DNA of 38,913 bases, taken from positions 1-38,913 of the forward strand of contig JAISXK010000087.1 of assembly GCA_031270585.1 (NCBI GenBank), read 5' to 3'. A model generated the notes under the pieces. The model worked only from the letters and a program-made list of their open reading frames with translations, had not been told where the DNA came from and ran no database searches. This document shows, piece by piece, positions 1 to 9,604 of this stretch (the stretch's first letter is position 1; every line of letters starts with the position of its first letter). This DNA is from Clostridiales bacterium (GTDB taxonomy: Bacteria; Bacillota; Clostridia; Christensenellales; CAG-138). The position numbers and the translations under genes are program-made.

Positions 1-413
1 TAAAGGCGGCCGCCTGTTGCAATATCCGCCGTTAAATAGCGCGAAAGCGCGTTGACCACGCTCGCGCCCACGCCATGAAGCCCGCCCGAAAAGCCGTAGC
101 TGTCGTTGCCAAACTTGCCGCCCGCGTGCAGTTGCGTAAACACCAGCTCCACGCCCGAAACGCCGTATGTATCGTGTACGCCCACGGGCACGCCGCGCCC
201 GTCGTCGATAACAGTAACGGAACTATCGCGGTTTAAGATCACCTCCACCAGGCTTGCGTAGCCGTTTGCCGCTTCGTCAACGGCATTATCCACGATCTCC
301 CACAGCATGTGGTGCAGGCCCCGCGAACCCGTGGAGCCGATATACATGCCCGGACGCATGCGCACGGCGTCCAGCCCTTCCAACACCTGTATGCTTTGTA
401 CGTTGTATTCCAT
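1..413 (-). CDS. parE: Type IIA topoisomerase B subunit, N-terminal GHKL ATPase part (runs off the window edge); ParE-like, GyrB not excluded
   Basis: Not in the ORF track. Manual translation from ATG at 413: [48 protein letters not shown]...DDGRGVP...LHAGGKF...[16 protein letters not shown]. Family is certain. parE is preferred over gyrB from DNAVDE and from the absence of recF/dnaN upstream. Confidence 0.75.
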   Translation of the reverse strand, partial: MEYNVQSIQVLEGLDAVRMRPGMYIGSTGSRGLHHMLWEIVDNAVDEAANGYASLVEVILNRDSSVTVIDDGRGVPVGVHDTYGVSGVELVFTQLHAGGKFGNDSYGFSGGLHGVGASVVNALSRYLTADIATGGRL

Positions 414-452
414 CAAAACCCCCCAGGCTGTTTTTCTCTGTTTTAAAAGTAT

Positions 453-1328
453 CTATCCGTTTATCGGATCATCCTGCGCCTGCGGCGCCGTATCCTTCTT
501 GCTTTGCCAAACGCTCCACACCGTAACGGATACGAGCACCACAATGCTGCCGTAAAGCGCCATCATGCCCGGCGCTTCGCCTATGGCGACATAAATCCAT
601 ATGGGACTCAACAGCGGCTCAATCACCGAAAGCAGCGAGCAGGCGAATGGCCGGCAATGCCTGCTCGCGCGCACATACAATATATATGGTATGCCCAATT
701 GCACCACGCCCAATGTTAGTATACACAATACCGTATCGGTATTGATGAGCATGGGCTTTGTAAACACAAACGGCAAACCTATCACCATAGATACCATTTG
801 CCCCAAAAACAGGCCGCTGAAGCGCTCCCGCTCCGTAACGCCACCCCCGATAAAAAAGATGGCGGCCAAAAATATGCCCGATGCCAGCGCCAGCATATTA
901 CCCAGAAATGATCCCGCAGCCAACTGATCAAAGAAAAACAGCGCAACGCCGACGATTGTGAAGAGCCCCACCAGCGCGTCGCCAAGCTGCGGGCGCCGTT
1001 TGTATCGCAACGCCCCAAACGCAAGCACATACACGGGCGCGGTATATTGCAGCACCACGGCGTTGGCCGAATTGGTCATCCTGGCGGCGGGCACATAGCA
1101 TACAAATATGGCGGCCACCACAAGCGACAGCGCCACGGTTTTTTTGCTGAGCAGCAGCTTTGTTTTTGTCAGGCGCATATACACCAACAATACGCCGCCC
1201 GCAATGAGGCTGCGGATGCCGCTGACCGCGAATGGGTGCCAGGGGATAAGCTTTAAAAGCAAGGCGCCCAAGCTCCACATAAGGGCACAAAGCAGCATTT
1301 CAACAGCCGCGCGCCGTTCTTTTGTCAT
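453..1328 (-). CDS. DMT/EamA family transporter
   Basis: About 10 hydrophobic segments, LMWSLG, LQYTAPVYV and VIEPLLSPIW in the two-repeat EamA pattern. Start moved to ATG 1328 (MTKERR), just before TM1. Confidence 0.85.
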   Translation of the reverse strand: MTKERRAAVEMLLCALMWSLGALLLKLIPWHPFAVSGIRSLIAGGVLLVYMRLTKTKLLLSKKTVALSLVVAAIFVCYVPAARMTNSANAVVLQYTAPVYVLAFGALRYKRRPQLGDALVGLFTIVGVALFFFDQLAAGSFLGNMLALASGIFLAAIFFIGGGVTERERFSGLFLGQMVSMVIGLPFVFTKPMLINTDTVLCILTLGVVQLGIPYILYVRASRHCRPFACSLLSVIEPLLSPIWIYVAIGEAPGMMALYGSIVVLVSVTVWSVWQSKKDTAPQAQDDPING

Positions 1329-1455
1329 AAATGGTATATTCCGCAATCGGTTTTCATACAATGGCGCTTTGATAAATTTTTTGCCTGCCGGCAAACGCGC
1401 CGGCAACACAAAACAAAGGCCAGTACTATTGTATAGTTTCCTTTTTTAAAATGCA

Positions 1456-1495
1456 ATGGCGCACCACGCAAGGTGCGCCACGCATGGTGCGCCAT
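1456..1495 (-). terminator. Hairpin downstream of ygeW with a duplicated 5' arm
   Basis: Minus strand reads ATGGCGCACCA-TGCG-TGGCGCACC-TTGCG-TGGTGCGCCAT, followed by TGCATTTT. The U-tract is weak. Confidence 0.55.
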
Positions 1496-1502
1496 ACAAC
1501 CG

Positions 1503-2702
1503 TTATACTCCCGCATGCCTTTTTATGGCGGCGCGCTCCAGTTCCTCCAGCGTATTTTTTGGGTTTTTTACTTTGGCAAGGAATATCATCGCCGCGATGA
1601 TGTAAGGCTTGAAGGACGCTTCTTTATAAAGCGGGCCGCGATAGCGTTCAAACACGCTTGCCGCCACTTCGCCCCGCTTACAGCTTATGCCGGTGATATC
1701 GGCAGGCAGGCAGTGCATGTACAGCGCCTTGCCGCCTTTGGTTCTCTTCATGAGTTCCTCGGTGCATTCCCAATCCTTATGTTTGGCGTTTTCATTCAAC
1801 AGCTCTTTTTCAAGCGCGTTGATGCCCGCGCCGTCGCCATTGCCATAAAGCGCGGTGCGTTTTTCCATAGCCTTAAAGGGCGCCCAGCTCTTGGGATATA
1901 CCACATCCGCACCGGCAAACGCCTCGCCCATGGAGTTGGTCACGCCGAATTTTCCGCCGAATTGCCCGGCGTTATCCTTTGCCACGCCAATAACCTCCTC
2001 CATCACTTCATAGCCTTCAGGGTGGGCAAGCACAACATCCATGCCCATGCGCGTCATCAGCCCTATAATGCCCTGCGGCACAGACAGCGGTTTGCCATAA
2101 GAGGGTGAATACGCCCATGTCATGGCGATCTTTTTGCCTTTGAGATTTTCTATGCCGCCAAACTCATGTATCAGGTGCAACATATCCGCCATGGATTGCG
2201 TGGGGTGATCGATATCGCACTGCAGGTTTACAAGCGTGGGCTTTTGTTCCAGCACGCCGTCGTTATGGCCCGCAGCTACGGCCCGCGCCACCTCGCGCAT
2301 ATAGGCGTTGCCTTTGCCGATATACATATCGTCGCGAATACCTATCACATCCGCCATGAAGGAGATCATGCTGGCCGTCTCGCGCACGGTTTCGCCATGG
2401 GCGATCTGGCTTTTGCCCTCATCCAGATCCTGCACGTTTAGCCCCAGAAGGTTGCACGCCGACGCGTAGGAAAAACGTGTGCGCGTGGAATTGTCGCGAA
2501 ACAGCGATACGCCCAGGCCGCTGTCGAATATACGTGTGGAGATGTTGTTTTTGCGCAGATGGCGCAGCGCGTCGGCCACGGCGAACACGGCTTCGAGTTC
2601 CTCGCGGGATTTTTCCCATGTTAGAAAGAAGTCGCCCTCATACATGGCGCTGTAATTGAGTTTGCTCAATACATTTGTAAACTGACGTACATTGCAGGTC
2701 AT
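1503..2702 (-). CDS. ygeW: Knotted carbamoyltransferase, YgeW family
   Basis: [38 protein letters not shown] and [17 protein letters not shown] before ATG 2702, which overlaps the ygeY stop (ATGA). Confidence 0.92.
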   Translation of the reverse strand: MTCNVRQFTNVLSKLNYSAMYEGDFFLTWEKSREELEAVFAVADALRHLRKNNISTRIFDSGLGVSLFRDNSTRTRFSYASACNLLGLNVQDLDEGKSQIAHGETVRETASMISFMADVIGIRDDMYIGKGNAYMREVARAVAAGHNDGVLEQKPTLVNLQCDIDHPTQSMADMLHLIHEFGGIENLKGKKIAMTWAYSPSYGKPLSVPQGIIGLMTRMGMDVVLAHPEGYEVMEEVIGVAKDNAGQFGGKFGVTNSMGEAFAGADVVYPKSWAPFKAMEKRTALYGNGDGAGINALEKELLNENAKHKDWECTEELMKRTKGGKALYMHCLPADITGISCKRGEVAASVFERYRGPLYKEASFKPYIIAAMIFLAKVKNPKNTLEELERAAIKRHAGV

Positions 2703-3910
2703 ACGCATTCTCCTGACTGTTTTTTGTAAAGCTGGGGTATCGTGGCGTACACGGCGGCGCATGTAACCAGATCCGCCTTCCAGGTTTTCTCGTTGGGGGC
2801 GTGGGCCTCTTCTTCCTTGCCGGGCCCCAGACCCACGCAGGGGATGCCTTCACGGCCCATGATTGAAACCGCGTTGGTGGAAAACGTCCATTTATCCACC
2901 TTGGGCGTGCCGTAAAGGCCCGTAAAGCCTTCCGCCATGGCGATAAGCGCGGGATGATCCTCCGGCAATACCCATGTGGGAAAGTGGCAATCGGTGGGGT
3001 ACACAAGCTTCGTCCAGCTTGGGCGGTCATATTTGTACATGGAAACTGCGGCCCCGTATTTTTTTACCGAAGGCAGCGCGCGTATTTCGTCCTGTGCGGA
3101 AATATACGTTTCGCCGTCTGTCAGGCGGCGGTCTATGGATATGGCGCACATATCCGCCACGGCGCAGCGCGAGGGGCTGTTGAAGAATATTTCGGATACG
3201 GCAAGCGTGCCTTTGCCCAAAAAGGGGTCGTCATGCAGCCTGTCGTTCAGCGCCTTTACCTCTAAAATAATATCGGCCATTTTGTATATGGCGTTGTCGC
3301 CGCGCTCGGGCGCGGAACCGTGGCAGCTCACACCCTTGACCTCCACGCGAATCTCCATGCGGCCGCGATGGCCGCGGTAGATATTGCCGTTGGTGGGCTC
3401 GGTGACGACAACAAACACGGGGCGTATCTTATCTTCGTTGACGATATATTGCCAGCACAGGCCGTCGCAGTCTTCCTCCTGCACGGTGCCGGTTACGAGT
3501 ATGGTATTTTGCTTGGGTATCAGGCCTTGTTCCTTCATAATTTTGGCGCCGTACACCGCGCTGACGATGCCGCCCAACTGGTCGGACGCGCCGCGTCCGC
3601 CGATACAGTCCTCATCCTCATACCCTTCATAGGGGTCAAAATTCCAGTTGCCAGGCTCTCCCAGGCCCACGGTATCGATATGCGCGTCATAAGCGATAAG
3701 GTCTTTGCCGCCGCCCATATAGCCCAGCACATTGCCCATGGGGTCGATCTCAACCTTATCAAAGCCAAGGCTCTCCATCTCGGCGGCGACGCGGCGGATA
3801 ACACCTTCCTCCGAGCAGCTCTCGCCCGGAATTTTGATGAGATCCCTCAAAAACTTTGTCATTTGCGGCAGGTACGCCTGCGCGGCGCTTTGAATGTTTA
3901 AAAAATCCAT
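2699..3910 (-). CDS. ygeY: YgeY family M20 metallohydrolase
   Basis: [48 protein letters not shown] and EAHAPNE. Start at ATG 3910 after GAAAGGA. Confidence 0.9.
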   Translation of the reverse strand: MDFLNIQSAAQAYLPQMTKFLRDLIKIPGESCSEEGVIRRVAAEMESLGFDKVEIDPMGNVLGYMGGGKDLIAYDAHIDTVGLGEPGNWNFDPYEGYEDEDCIGGRGASDQLGGIVSAVYGAKIMKEQGLIPKQNTILVTGTVQEEDCDGLCWQYIVNEDKIRPVFVVVTEPTNGNIYRGHRGRMEIRVEVKGVSCHGSAPERGDNAIYKMADIILEVKALNDRLHDDPFLGKGTLAVSEIFFNSPSRCAVADMCAISIDRRLTDGETYISAQDEIRALPSVKKYGAAVSMYKYDRPSWTKLVYPTDCHFPTWVLPEDHPALIAMAEGFTGLYGTPKVDKWTFSTNAVSIMGREGIPCVGLGPGKEEEAHAPNEKTWKADLVTCAAVYATIPQLYKKQSGECV

Positions 3911-4006
3911 AATAGCCGTTTTCCTTTCGCGCAAAAATTTGAAATGGGACACTGCATATTTTAAAGGCAGCCATTCTATCGTGGAAGATTTTTAAAAGCG
4001 CAACCG

Positions 4007-4609
4007 TCAGGCGTCGATATAGGCATATAAAGTATACTTGGATATGCCAAAGTGCCTGCTCACCTTATCCCCGCTTTTGGTAATTAAAAATGCGCCCGCT
4101 TTATTTAAAAACTGAATGGCGCGTATTTTATCTTCCTTGGTCATCATCGCCACGGGCTTGCCCACAGTGGCTGTGCTTTGCTCTATCAAATCATCCAGAA
4201 GGTCGTTTACGTTTACGGGGATACGCTCGGGCCGTTCAACCACCACATGGTTGATGATGGATTTTACGGCGCTCTCCGCCATCAGCAGACCCGTGAGATC
4301 GTAGTTGATGGAAAACACGCCCGTCACCTTGTCCGTGTCGTCGCGTATGTAGATGGTGCTGGATTTTACGATGCGCCCGTCGTGCGTTTTGCCCAGGTAC
4401 CCCAACTGGTCGCGCAACGCGGCGGGATCTTTTGTCATGGCTTCCAGCACGATATGCGAGGGGCCGTCGCCCACCTTGCGGTTGCTTACATGCCCGTTTT
4501 CGATGGCGACGATGGTGTTGTCGGCCTGCTTTAAGTCGTGTACAACAACCTCGCAATTGTCGCCGAATTGCGCGGCCAGAGCCGCAGCCATGCGCTTTAA
4601 AAATTCCAT
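4007..4609 (-). CDS. YheO-like PAS/HTH transcriptional regulator
   Basis: FGDNCEVVVHDL, IENGHVSNRKVGD, KSSTIYIRD and C-terminal GAFLITKSGDKVSRHFGISKYTLYAY. Start is ATG 4609 or TTG 4615. Confidence 0.88.
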   Translation of the reverse strand: MEFLKRMAAALAAQFGDNCEVVVHDLKQADNTIVAIENGHVSNRKVGDGPSHIVLEAMTKDPAALRDQLGYLGKTHDGRIVKSSTIYIRDDTDKVTGVFSINYDLTGLLMAESAVKSIINHVVVERPERIPVNVNDLLDDLIEQSTATVGKPVAMMTKEDKIRAIQFLNKAGAFLITKSGDKVSRHFGISKYTLYAYIDA

Positions 4610-4673
4610 AGTCAAGGCGTTTTCACACTCCCTTTCCGCATCAACTATACCATATGGCAAACAAAAAAGGGAG

Positions 4674-4707
4674 AAAAATTTTTAGGTTTTCAAAAAATTT
4701 TTTAGGT
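4674..4707. repeat. Direct repeat AAAAATTTTTAGGT x2 (20-bp period), candidate operator
   Basis: Copies at 4674-4687 and 4692-4707, each with a palindromic A5-6T5-6 core, upstream of an extended -10 (TGGTATAGT, minus strand, 4644-4652). Confidence 0.5.
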
Positions 4708-4762
4708 ATGGGGCCTTCCCGCTTGTTTCCCGATAGACCGGTTCTGTTTTCCTGAGCCACGC

Positions 4763-4800
4763 AAGAAGCCCCGTTCCCGGCCGGCAAGCGGAGCTTCTTT
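4763..4800 (-). terminator. Hairpin downstream of the SpoIID-SH3 gene
   Basis: Minus strand AAGAAGCTCCG...CGGGGCTTCTT inverted repeat. Confidence 0.55.
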
Positions 4801-4841
4801 CATGTTCGTTCACCGGCCAGCGCGCGATTTGCCCATTGCTC

Positions 4842-7559
4842 TTATGCCACCCTTACATATTGCGCGGATACATAGCCGGTCTTTCCGTTTACGGTTACGT
4901 GATGCCAACCGTTGCTTGTGCTGTTGATGGTCACCTTGGCGCCTTTAGCCAGCGTGGTGATGATGTTTTTGCTGTCGCTTGTATTCGCCGCAGAGCGCAA
5001 ACGCACTTTACCCGTGGTGACGCCGGATTTGGCGCTTTCCGCAACTGAGGCGGTTCCGGTTATCTGAACATAATCCTTATGCATGTATCCTTCCTGCGTG
5101 CCGGTGGATACCCTGTAAAAGGATCCTTCCTGCCCGTATATGGTCAGCGTGGTGCCAACGGCATAATCTCCTATGATGTTTGTTTGCGTATCAAGGCTGG
5201 CGGTGGAGCGCAGCCGCACCCATTCGTTCACCACCTTGCCTGTGGTTACCGTGGTGGCGCCGGAGGAAGATGTGCCGGAAGAGGATGTGGTGGCGCCGGA
5301 ATTCACTTTTACATAATCCCCGCTGACATACCCCTCCTTACCGTCGGATGTGGTCACCTGGTACCAACCGTCGCTATAGCTGTGTATAGTAAGGGCAGTA
5401 CCCTTTTTCAGCTGTGTAAGCTTTGCGTGTTTTGTGCCGGGGCCCTTGCGCAGGTTTACCTTGCCGGTCGTAGACCCGCTTTGCGTTGCGCCGCCGCCGG
5501 ATGAACCCGAAGCGGCGCTTGCCGCCACCGCCACTGCGGATTTGGGCACGTAGCCCGTATACCCGCTCACGGTGATATGGTAGAAATCGCCTTCCTCGCC
5601 CAGTATGGTTATGGGAAGCCCCCTTTGCAGCGACGCGACGCGCGCGGAGGTTGTCGACGCCGTTTTTCTAACGAATACGCCTTCGGTAAGAATAGTGCCG
5701 GAAAGGCCCGGCGTTACCGTTCCGGAAGCGCCGCCCGCAGTGTCCGCAGTGACGGTATCCGTGGTGGAAGACGTTGCGGGCGCGCCGGTGATCTCAACAT
5801 ATTGGGCGCTCACATAACCGTCCATATTGTTGGCGTTGCAGTAATACCAACTGCCGGAACCATCCGCATAGCCGTAAATGTTGAGCGTATCGTTCTTTTT
5901 GAGGGTTTGCAGCTTTTTACCGTTGGTACTCGCTTTATCCCTGAAGTTTAACGTGCTGCTCGTCACCCTGCCATACGCCGTAACGGTATTGGCGGACGCG
6001 CCGGGCGAAGTGGCGGTGGTGTAAGCGGTGATCTTTAAATAGGCGTTGGATATATAGCCGGTCTTGCCATCCGGATCAACCAGGGAGAAGCCGTTTTCCT
6101 GCGCGTAAACGTTCATGCTTACACCCTTGCCGACCTTGCCCTGGCTCGCGGTGGATGTAGAGGGGCCCGCGCGCAAATTCACCTGGCCCGTGGTAACGGC
6201 GGTGCCGATTGGCGCGCCAAGCTGCGTTGTGTCTGTGCCGCCGGCCGCGCCCGCGGCGTTGACCGGGTCTTGCGGCATGGTAAGCCCCATGGATTTGATG
6301 GATGCGCCGGGGTAGTAGAATTTGAGTATGCGGTCATAAGACCAGCCGGAGTTAGCCATCTGTTCGGCGCCGCGCTGCGAGAGGCCCACGCCGTGGCCAT
6401 AGCGGCCGCGCCGGAGTTCCCATCCGTTGTTGGTTTGCGTCAGCGTATAGAGCCGCAGCAATTGCGGCCTTGTAAATACGCCGTTGGCAACAAGCCAGGA
6501 GAATTCCTCCATATAGGAGTAGTTCATGGCATAGGCGGATCCATCGGCCTGCTGCACGGTAACGGTGAGCGAGATATCGGCTGCGGCGTTGCTGCGCTGC
6601 GTCATGGCGTCGATGGAGTTGATATATACCACCGAAGCGTTTTTGTCTATTTGTCCGCTTTCCTGCAATATTCTGGTGGAACGGCCGCGCAGGTAGTTGG
6701 ATAGCGCCGCGCTCATGCCGCCGCCATCACCCTGCCGCGGGTAAAAGGCGGCCTCTTGCACGGTAAGAGGGTTGGCGATATCATAAGGATCCTGCACGCG
6801 CGCATACGCTTTGTCCCAGATGTAGCGATTGGTGCCCGCCCATATGTCGGATGGCAGCGCGGTTTGCCCGCCGTTGCTGGCGGCGAAGTAACTACAGAGT
6901 ATGGAGTTGCCCAAAAACAGCCATACGTCGTATGTGGCGTCTACCGCCGCCATAACGGATGTATAGCTGGCGTTGTAACCCTTATATACCTGATCGCTCG
7001 CGGTATCGCCGATATCATAATCCGCGCCCGGCGCCATGCCCGAAAGCACATAACATTTTGCCGCCACCGCCTGCGCCTTTAACGATTCGATGGGGAAGTT
7101 GTTGCTCATCTCGAACGCCACAACGCCATACAGGTAATGCATGATGGGCACGGTATTGACAATCATGATGGAGCCGCCGGAATATTTGAATTTAAAATGG
7201 CCCAGATAGCTGCGTGTAACGCCGCGCGTCACCATGGACAGCGAACCCGCCGAAGGGGCCAGCGTTTGGCGCATTACATTCACGCTGCTGCCGGAATACA
7301 GCTCGCCCGACTTGGAATGGGAGAGCACTACCTTGCTGCCGGAAACCTTCACCGTCAGCGTTCCATCGGAAAACGCGGCGCCGGTTTCCTGCACAAAATA
7401 GGCGCCGCGCACGGCGATGTTGAGCGTGGTAATACCGCCGTCGCCAATCTTCACGCGCACGGTGGAATAATCCGCCGCCTGCGCCGTTCTTTCGGCAACT
7501 ACAGGCACGGCCGCGAGCGTCAGCAGTGTCGCCAGTATGATACATATGAGTTTTCTCAT
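4842..7559 (-). CDS. Secreted SpoIID/LytB-domain protein with six C-terminal SH3b domains
   Basis: Signal peptide MRKLICIILATLLTLAAVPVVA. YLYGVVAFEM, LKAQAVAAKCY, DTASDQVYKG and GHGVGLSQRGA motifs. Six repeats of V/LN-LR..P/AST...W/FY.V....GY, separated by Ser/Thr/Gly linkers. Confidence 0.88.
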   Translation of the reverse strand: MRKLICIILATLLTLAAVPVVAERTAQAADYSTVRVKIGDGGITTLNIAVRGAYFVQETGAAFSDGTLTVKVSGSKVVLSHSKSGELYSGSSVNVMRQTLAPSAGSLSMVTRGVTRSYLGHFKFKYSGGSIMIVNTVPIMHYLYGVVAFEMSNNFPIESLKAQAVAAKCYVLSGMAPGADYDIGDTASDQVYKGYNASYTSVMAAVDATYDVWLFLGNSILCSYFAASNGGQTALPSDIWAGTNRYIWDKAYARVQDPYDIANPLTVQEAAFYPRQGDGGGMSAALSNYLRGRSTRILQESGQIDKNASVVYINSIDAMTQRSNAAADISLTVTVQQADGSAYAMNYSYMEEFSWLVANGVFTRPQLLRLYTLTQTNNGWELRRGRYGHGVGLSQRGAEQMANSGWSYDRILKFYYPGASIKSMGLTMPQDPVNAAGAAGGTDTTQLGAPIGTAVTTGQVNLRAGPSTSTASQGKVGKGVSMNVYAQENGFSLVDPDGKTGYISNAYLKITAYTTATSPGASANTVTAYGRVTSSTLNFRDKASTNGKKLQTLKKNDTLNIYGYADGSGSWYYCNANNMDGYVSAQYVEITGAPATSSTTDTVTADTAGGASGTVTPGLSGTILTEGVFVRKTASTTSARVASLQRGLPITILGEEGDFYHITVSGYTGYVPKSAVAVAASAASGSSGGGATQSGSTTGKVNLRKGPGTKHAKLTQLKKGTALTIHSYSDGWYQVTTSDGKEGYVSGDYVKVNSGATTSSSGTSSSGATTVTTGKVVNEWVRLRSTASLDTQTNIIGDYAVGTTLTIYGQEGSFYRVSTGTQEGYMHKDYVQITGTASVAESAKSGVTTGKVRLRSAANTSDSKNIITTLAKGAKVTINSTSNGWHHVTVNGKTGYVSAQYVRVA

Positions 7560-7728
7560 GAAATCTCCCCTTTGGCATTTGTAAAATAGTACGGTTGAAG
7601 AAACGGCAAAGCTTAAAACTCAATGGGGTTATTGTATCAAAATAATCAAAGCCGGGCTTATTTTCAGGCACTTATTCAAACAATGTTCACAAAACCGACG
7701 CGGCCGGCGTTAAGTTTTTCCGTTCCTG

Positions 7729-8814
7729 TCAAACATTGAAGCGAAAAAGCATCACATCCCCATCCTGCACCACGTAATCCTTGCCTTCCTGGCGCACCAG
7801 ACCATTTTCCTTGCAGGATTGCATGCTCTTTTGGCGCATGAGCGCATCATAGCTTACCACCTCCGCGCGAATAAACCCGCGCTCAAAATCCGTATGGATT
7901 TTGCCCGCCGCCTGCGGCGCGCGCGTGCCTCTTTCAATCGTCCAGGCGCGCACCTCTTTGGGGCCCGCCGTCAGATAGCTTATCAGGCCCAGCAGACGGT
8001 AGCAGGCCTTTACCAACTGATCAAGCCCGCCCTCCTCAATACCAAGCTCCTTTAAAAACGCGGTTTTATCTTCGCCGTCAAGCCCGGCAAGCTCTTCTTC
8101 AACTTTGGCGCAGATGGTGAGCGCGCAAGCGCCCTCGGCCTTCGCCGCACTGTAGAGCGCGTTTACGCCGTGGGACGGGGGTACGCAAAGCGCGTCCTCC
8201 TTGATATTGGCCACATAGATTACCGGCTTTGCCGTCAGCAAAAAGTGCGCGCGCGCCAGCGCGTACGTCTCGCCCGTAAGCGTGCGCGCGGGGTTTCCGG
8301 CCTCCAGATGGGCCAGTATCCTGTCCAGCAGCTCAAGCTCCCGCCGCAGCGCGCCCTCGCCGCTTTTCGCCTGTTTGCGCGTGCGCTCCATACGCTTTTC
8401 CACGCTTTCAATATCGGCGAATATCAGCTCGATGTTGATGGTTTCCATATCCCGCCCGGGGTCTACCGATCCATCCACATGCACGATGTTATCGTCTTCA
8501 AAGCAGCGCACCACATGCACGACGGCGTCCACCTCGCGGATGTGGGATAAAAACTTGTTGCCCAGCCCCTCGCCACGCGAAGCGCCCTGCACCAATCCCG
8601 CGATATCCACAAACTCGATCATGGTGGGGGTGACCTTCAGCGGGTTATATATGAGCGCCAGTTGCAAAAGCCGTTCATCCGGCACGGCTACCATGCCCAC
8701 ATTGGGCTCAATGGTGCAAAACGGGTAATTGGCCGCCTGCGCGCCGGCTTGCGTAATCGCGTTAAACAATGTGGATTTGCCCACGTTTGGCAGGCCCACT
8801 ACGCCCAGCTTCAT
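7729..8814 (-). CDS. ychF: Redox-regulated ATPase YchF
   Basis: GLPNVGKSTLFN, ANYPFCTIEPN, DIAGLV, GEGLGNKFL and C-terminal TGS domain (FRFNV). Confidence 0.97.
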   Translation of the reverse strand: MKLGVVGLPNVGKSTLFNAITQAGAQAANYPFCTIEPNVGMVAVPDERLLQLALIYNPLKVTPTMIEFVDIAGLVQGASRGEGLGNKFLSHIREVDAVVHVVRCFEDDNIVHVDGSVDPGRDMETINIELIFADIESVEKRMERTRKQAKSGEGALRRELELLDRILAHLEAGNPARTLTGETYALARAHFLLTAKPVIYVANIKEDALCVPPSHGVNALYSAAKAEGACALTICAKVEEELAGLDGEDKTAFLKELGIEEGGLDQLVKACYRLLGLISYLTAGPKEVRAWTIERGTRAPQAAGKIHTDFERGFIRAEVVSYDALMRQKSMQSCKENGLVRQEGKDYVVQDGDVMLFRFNV

Positions 8815-8853
8815 AGTCTTTCACCTTTCAATTAAACATACACATCCAATATG

Positions 8854-8882
8854 ATTATACTGGCGCAACGCATGGATTGCAA
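8854..8882 (-). promoter_or_regulatory. sigma-A promoter of ychF
   Basis: TTGCAA-17 nt-TATAAT on the minus strand. Confidence 0.65.
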
Positions 8883-8998
8883 GGGACAGGCGGCCATTTT
8901 ACGCAATATATAGATACATTTTGCCGTTTTAAACTAAATATGGTATGGGCGGCGCATATGCGGCGGCAGCCGCGCAAGCGGCCGCAAATCGATTTATT

Positions 8999-9027
8999 TT
9001 GCATTCGGCGCGGGGGAATAGTATACT
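8999..9027 (+). promoter_or_regulatory. sigma-A promoter of the hypothetical gene at 9066
   Basis: TTGCAT-17 nt-TATACT. Confidence 0.55.
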
Positions 9028-9065
9028 TTGTTTCAGATACACATTTCAATAAATGGAGCGGTTGT

Positions 9066-9578
9066 ATGTCAAGAAAGACATTTATAACGGTGATTGCGGC
9101 GGCGGTATGCGTGATTGCCGCGGCAGGCGCGATACTGGTGTTCAGCGGCAACAGGCGCGGCATGACAAGGTTATCCAAAACCCGCGCGCTGCAAGAAATG
9201 CCCCTGCTTTTCATCACCGGTGAAGAATACGCGCTGATGCGCGCCGCCCGCGAGGATGCCACCGTGAAAGAGATATTGGCATCGCAGCAAAACGAGGCTT
9301 TTGCATTGACCATATTGCAAGAGGGCGACCGGGCGCGTTTGCTGGGGCCCCTTTTGCCCGAGGGCGCCGTATTTGGCGATTTTGCCGTAACCAATAAAAC
9401 CGTTGTGATAGAGTATATGCTGCAAAACGACCGCGTGGTGTTGGAATGCCTGCCCGGCGCCGGCATAAACAAAACTATTATGCGCTATGACAATGCGGCC
9501 GATATCGCCAATGGCGGCATGGCGCTCTATACCAATAACGACAACGCCGTGTTCCAGTATTTTAAAAGGGAACAATAA
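9066..9578 (+). CDS. Hypothetical membrane-anchored or secreted protein (170 aa)
   Basis: GGAG RBS before ATG 9066, N-terminal basic plus hydrophobic segment (MSRKTFITVIAAAVCVIAAAGAILVF), own promoter. No recognised domain. Confidence 0.65.
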   Translation: MSRKTFITVIAAAVCVIAAAGAILVFSGNRRGMTRLSKTRALQEMPLLFITGEEYALMRAAREDATVKEILASQQNEAFALTILQEGDRARLLGPLLPEGAVFGDFAVTNKTVVIEYMLQNDRVVLECLPGAGINKTIMRYDNAADIANGGMALYTNNDNAVFQYFKREQ

Positions 9579-9604
9579 ATAACCCCACGCACCTTAAAAG
9601 ATGT

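Noticed and set aside
254-555. Short plus-strand ORFs 254-526 and 307-555
   Set aside because: They are antisense to the topoisomerase and EamA genes.
1503-3910. Selenocysteine recoding in the selenium-linked ygeY/ygeW genes
   Set aside because: Both ORFs are full length with no in-frame TGA.
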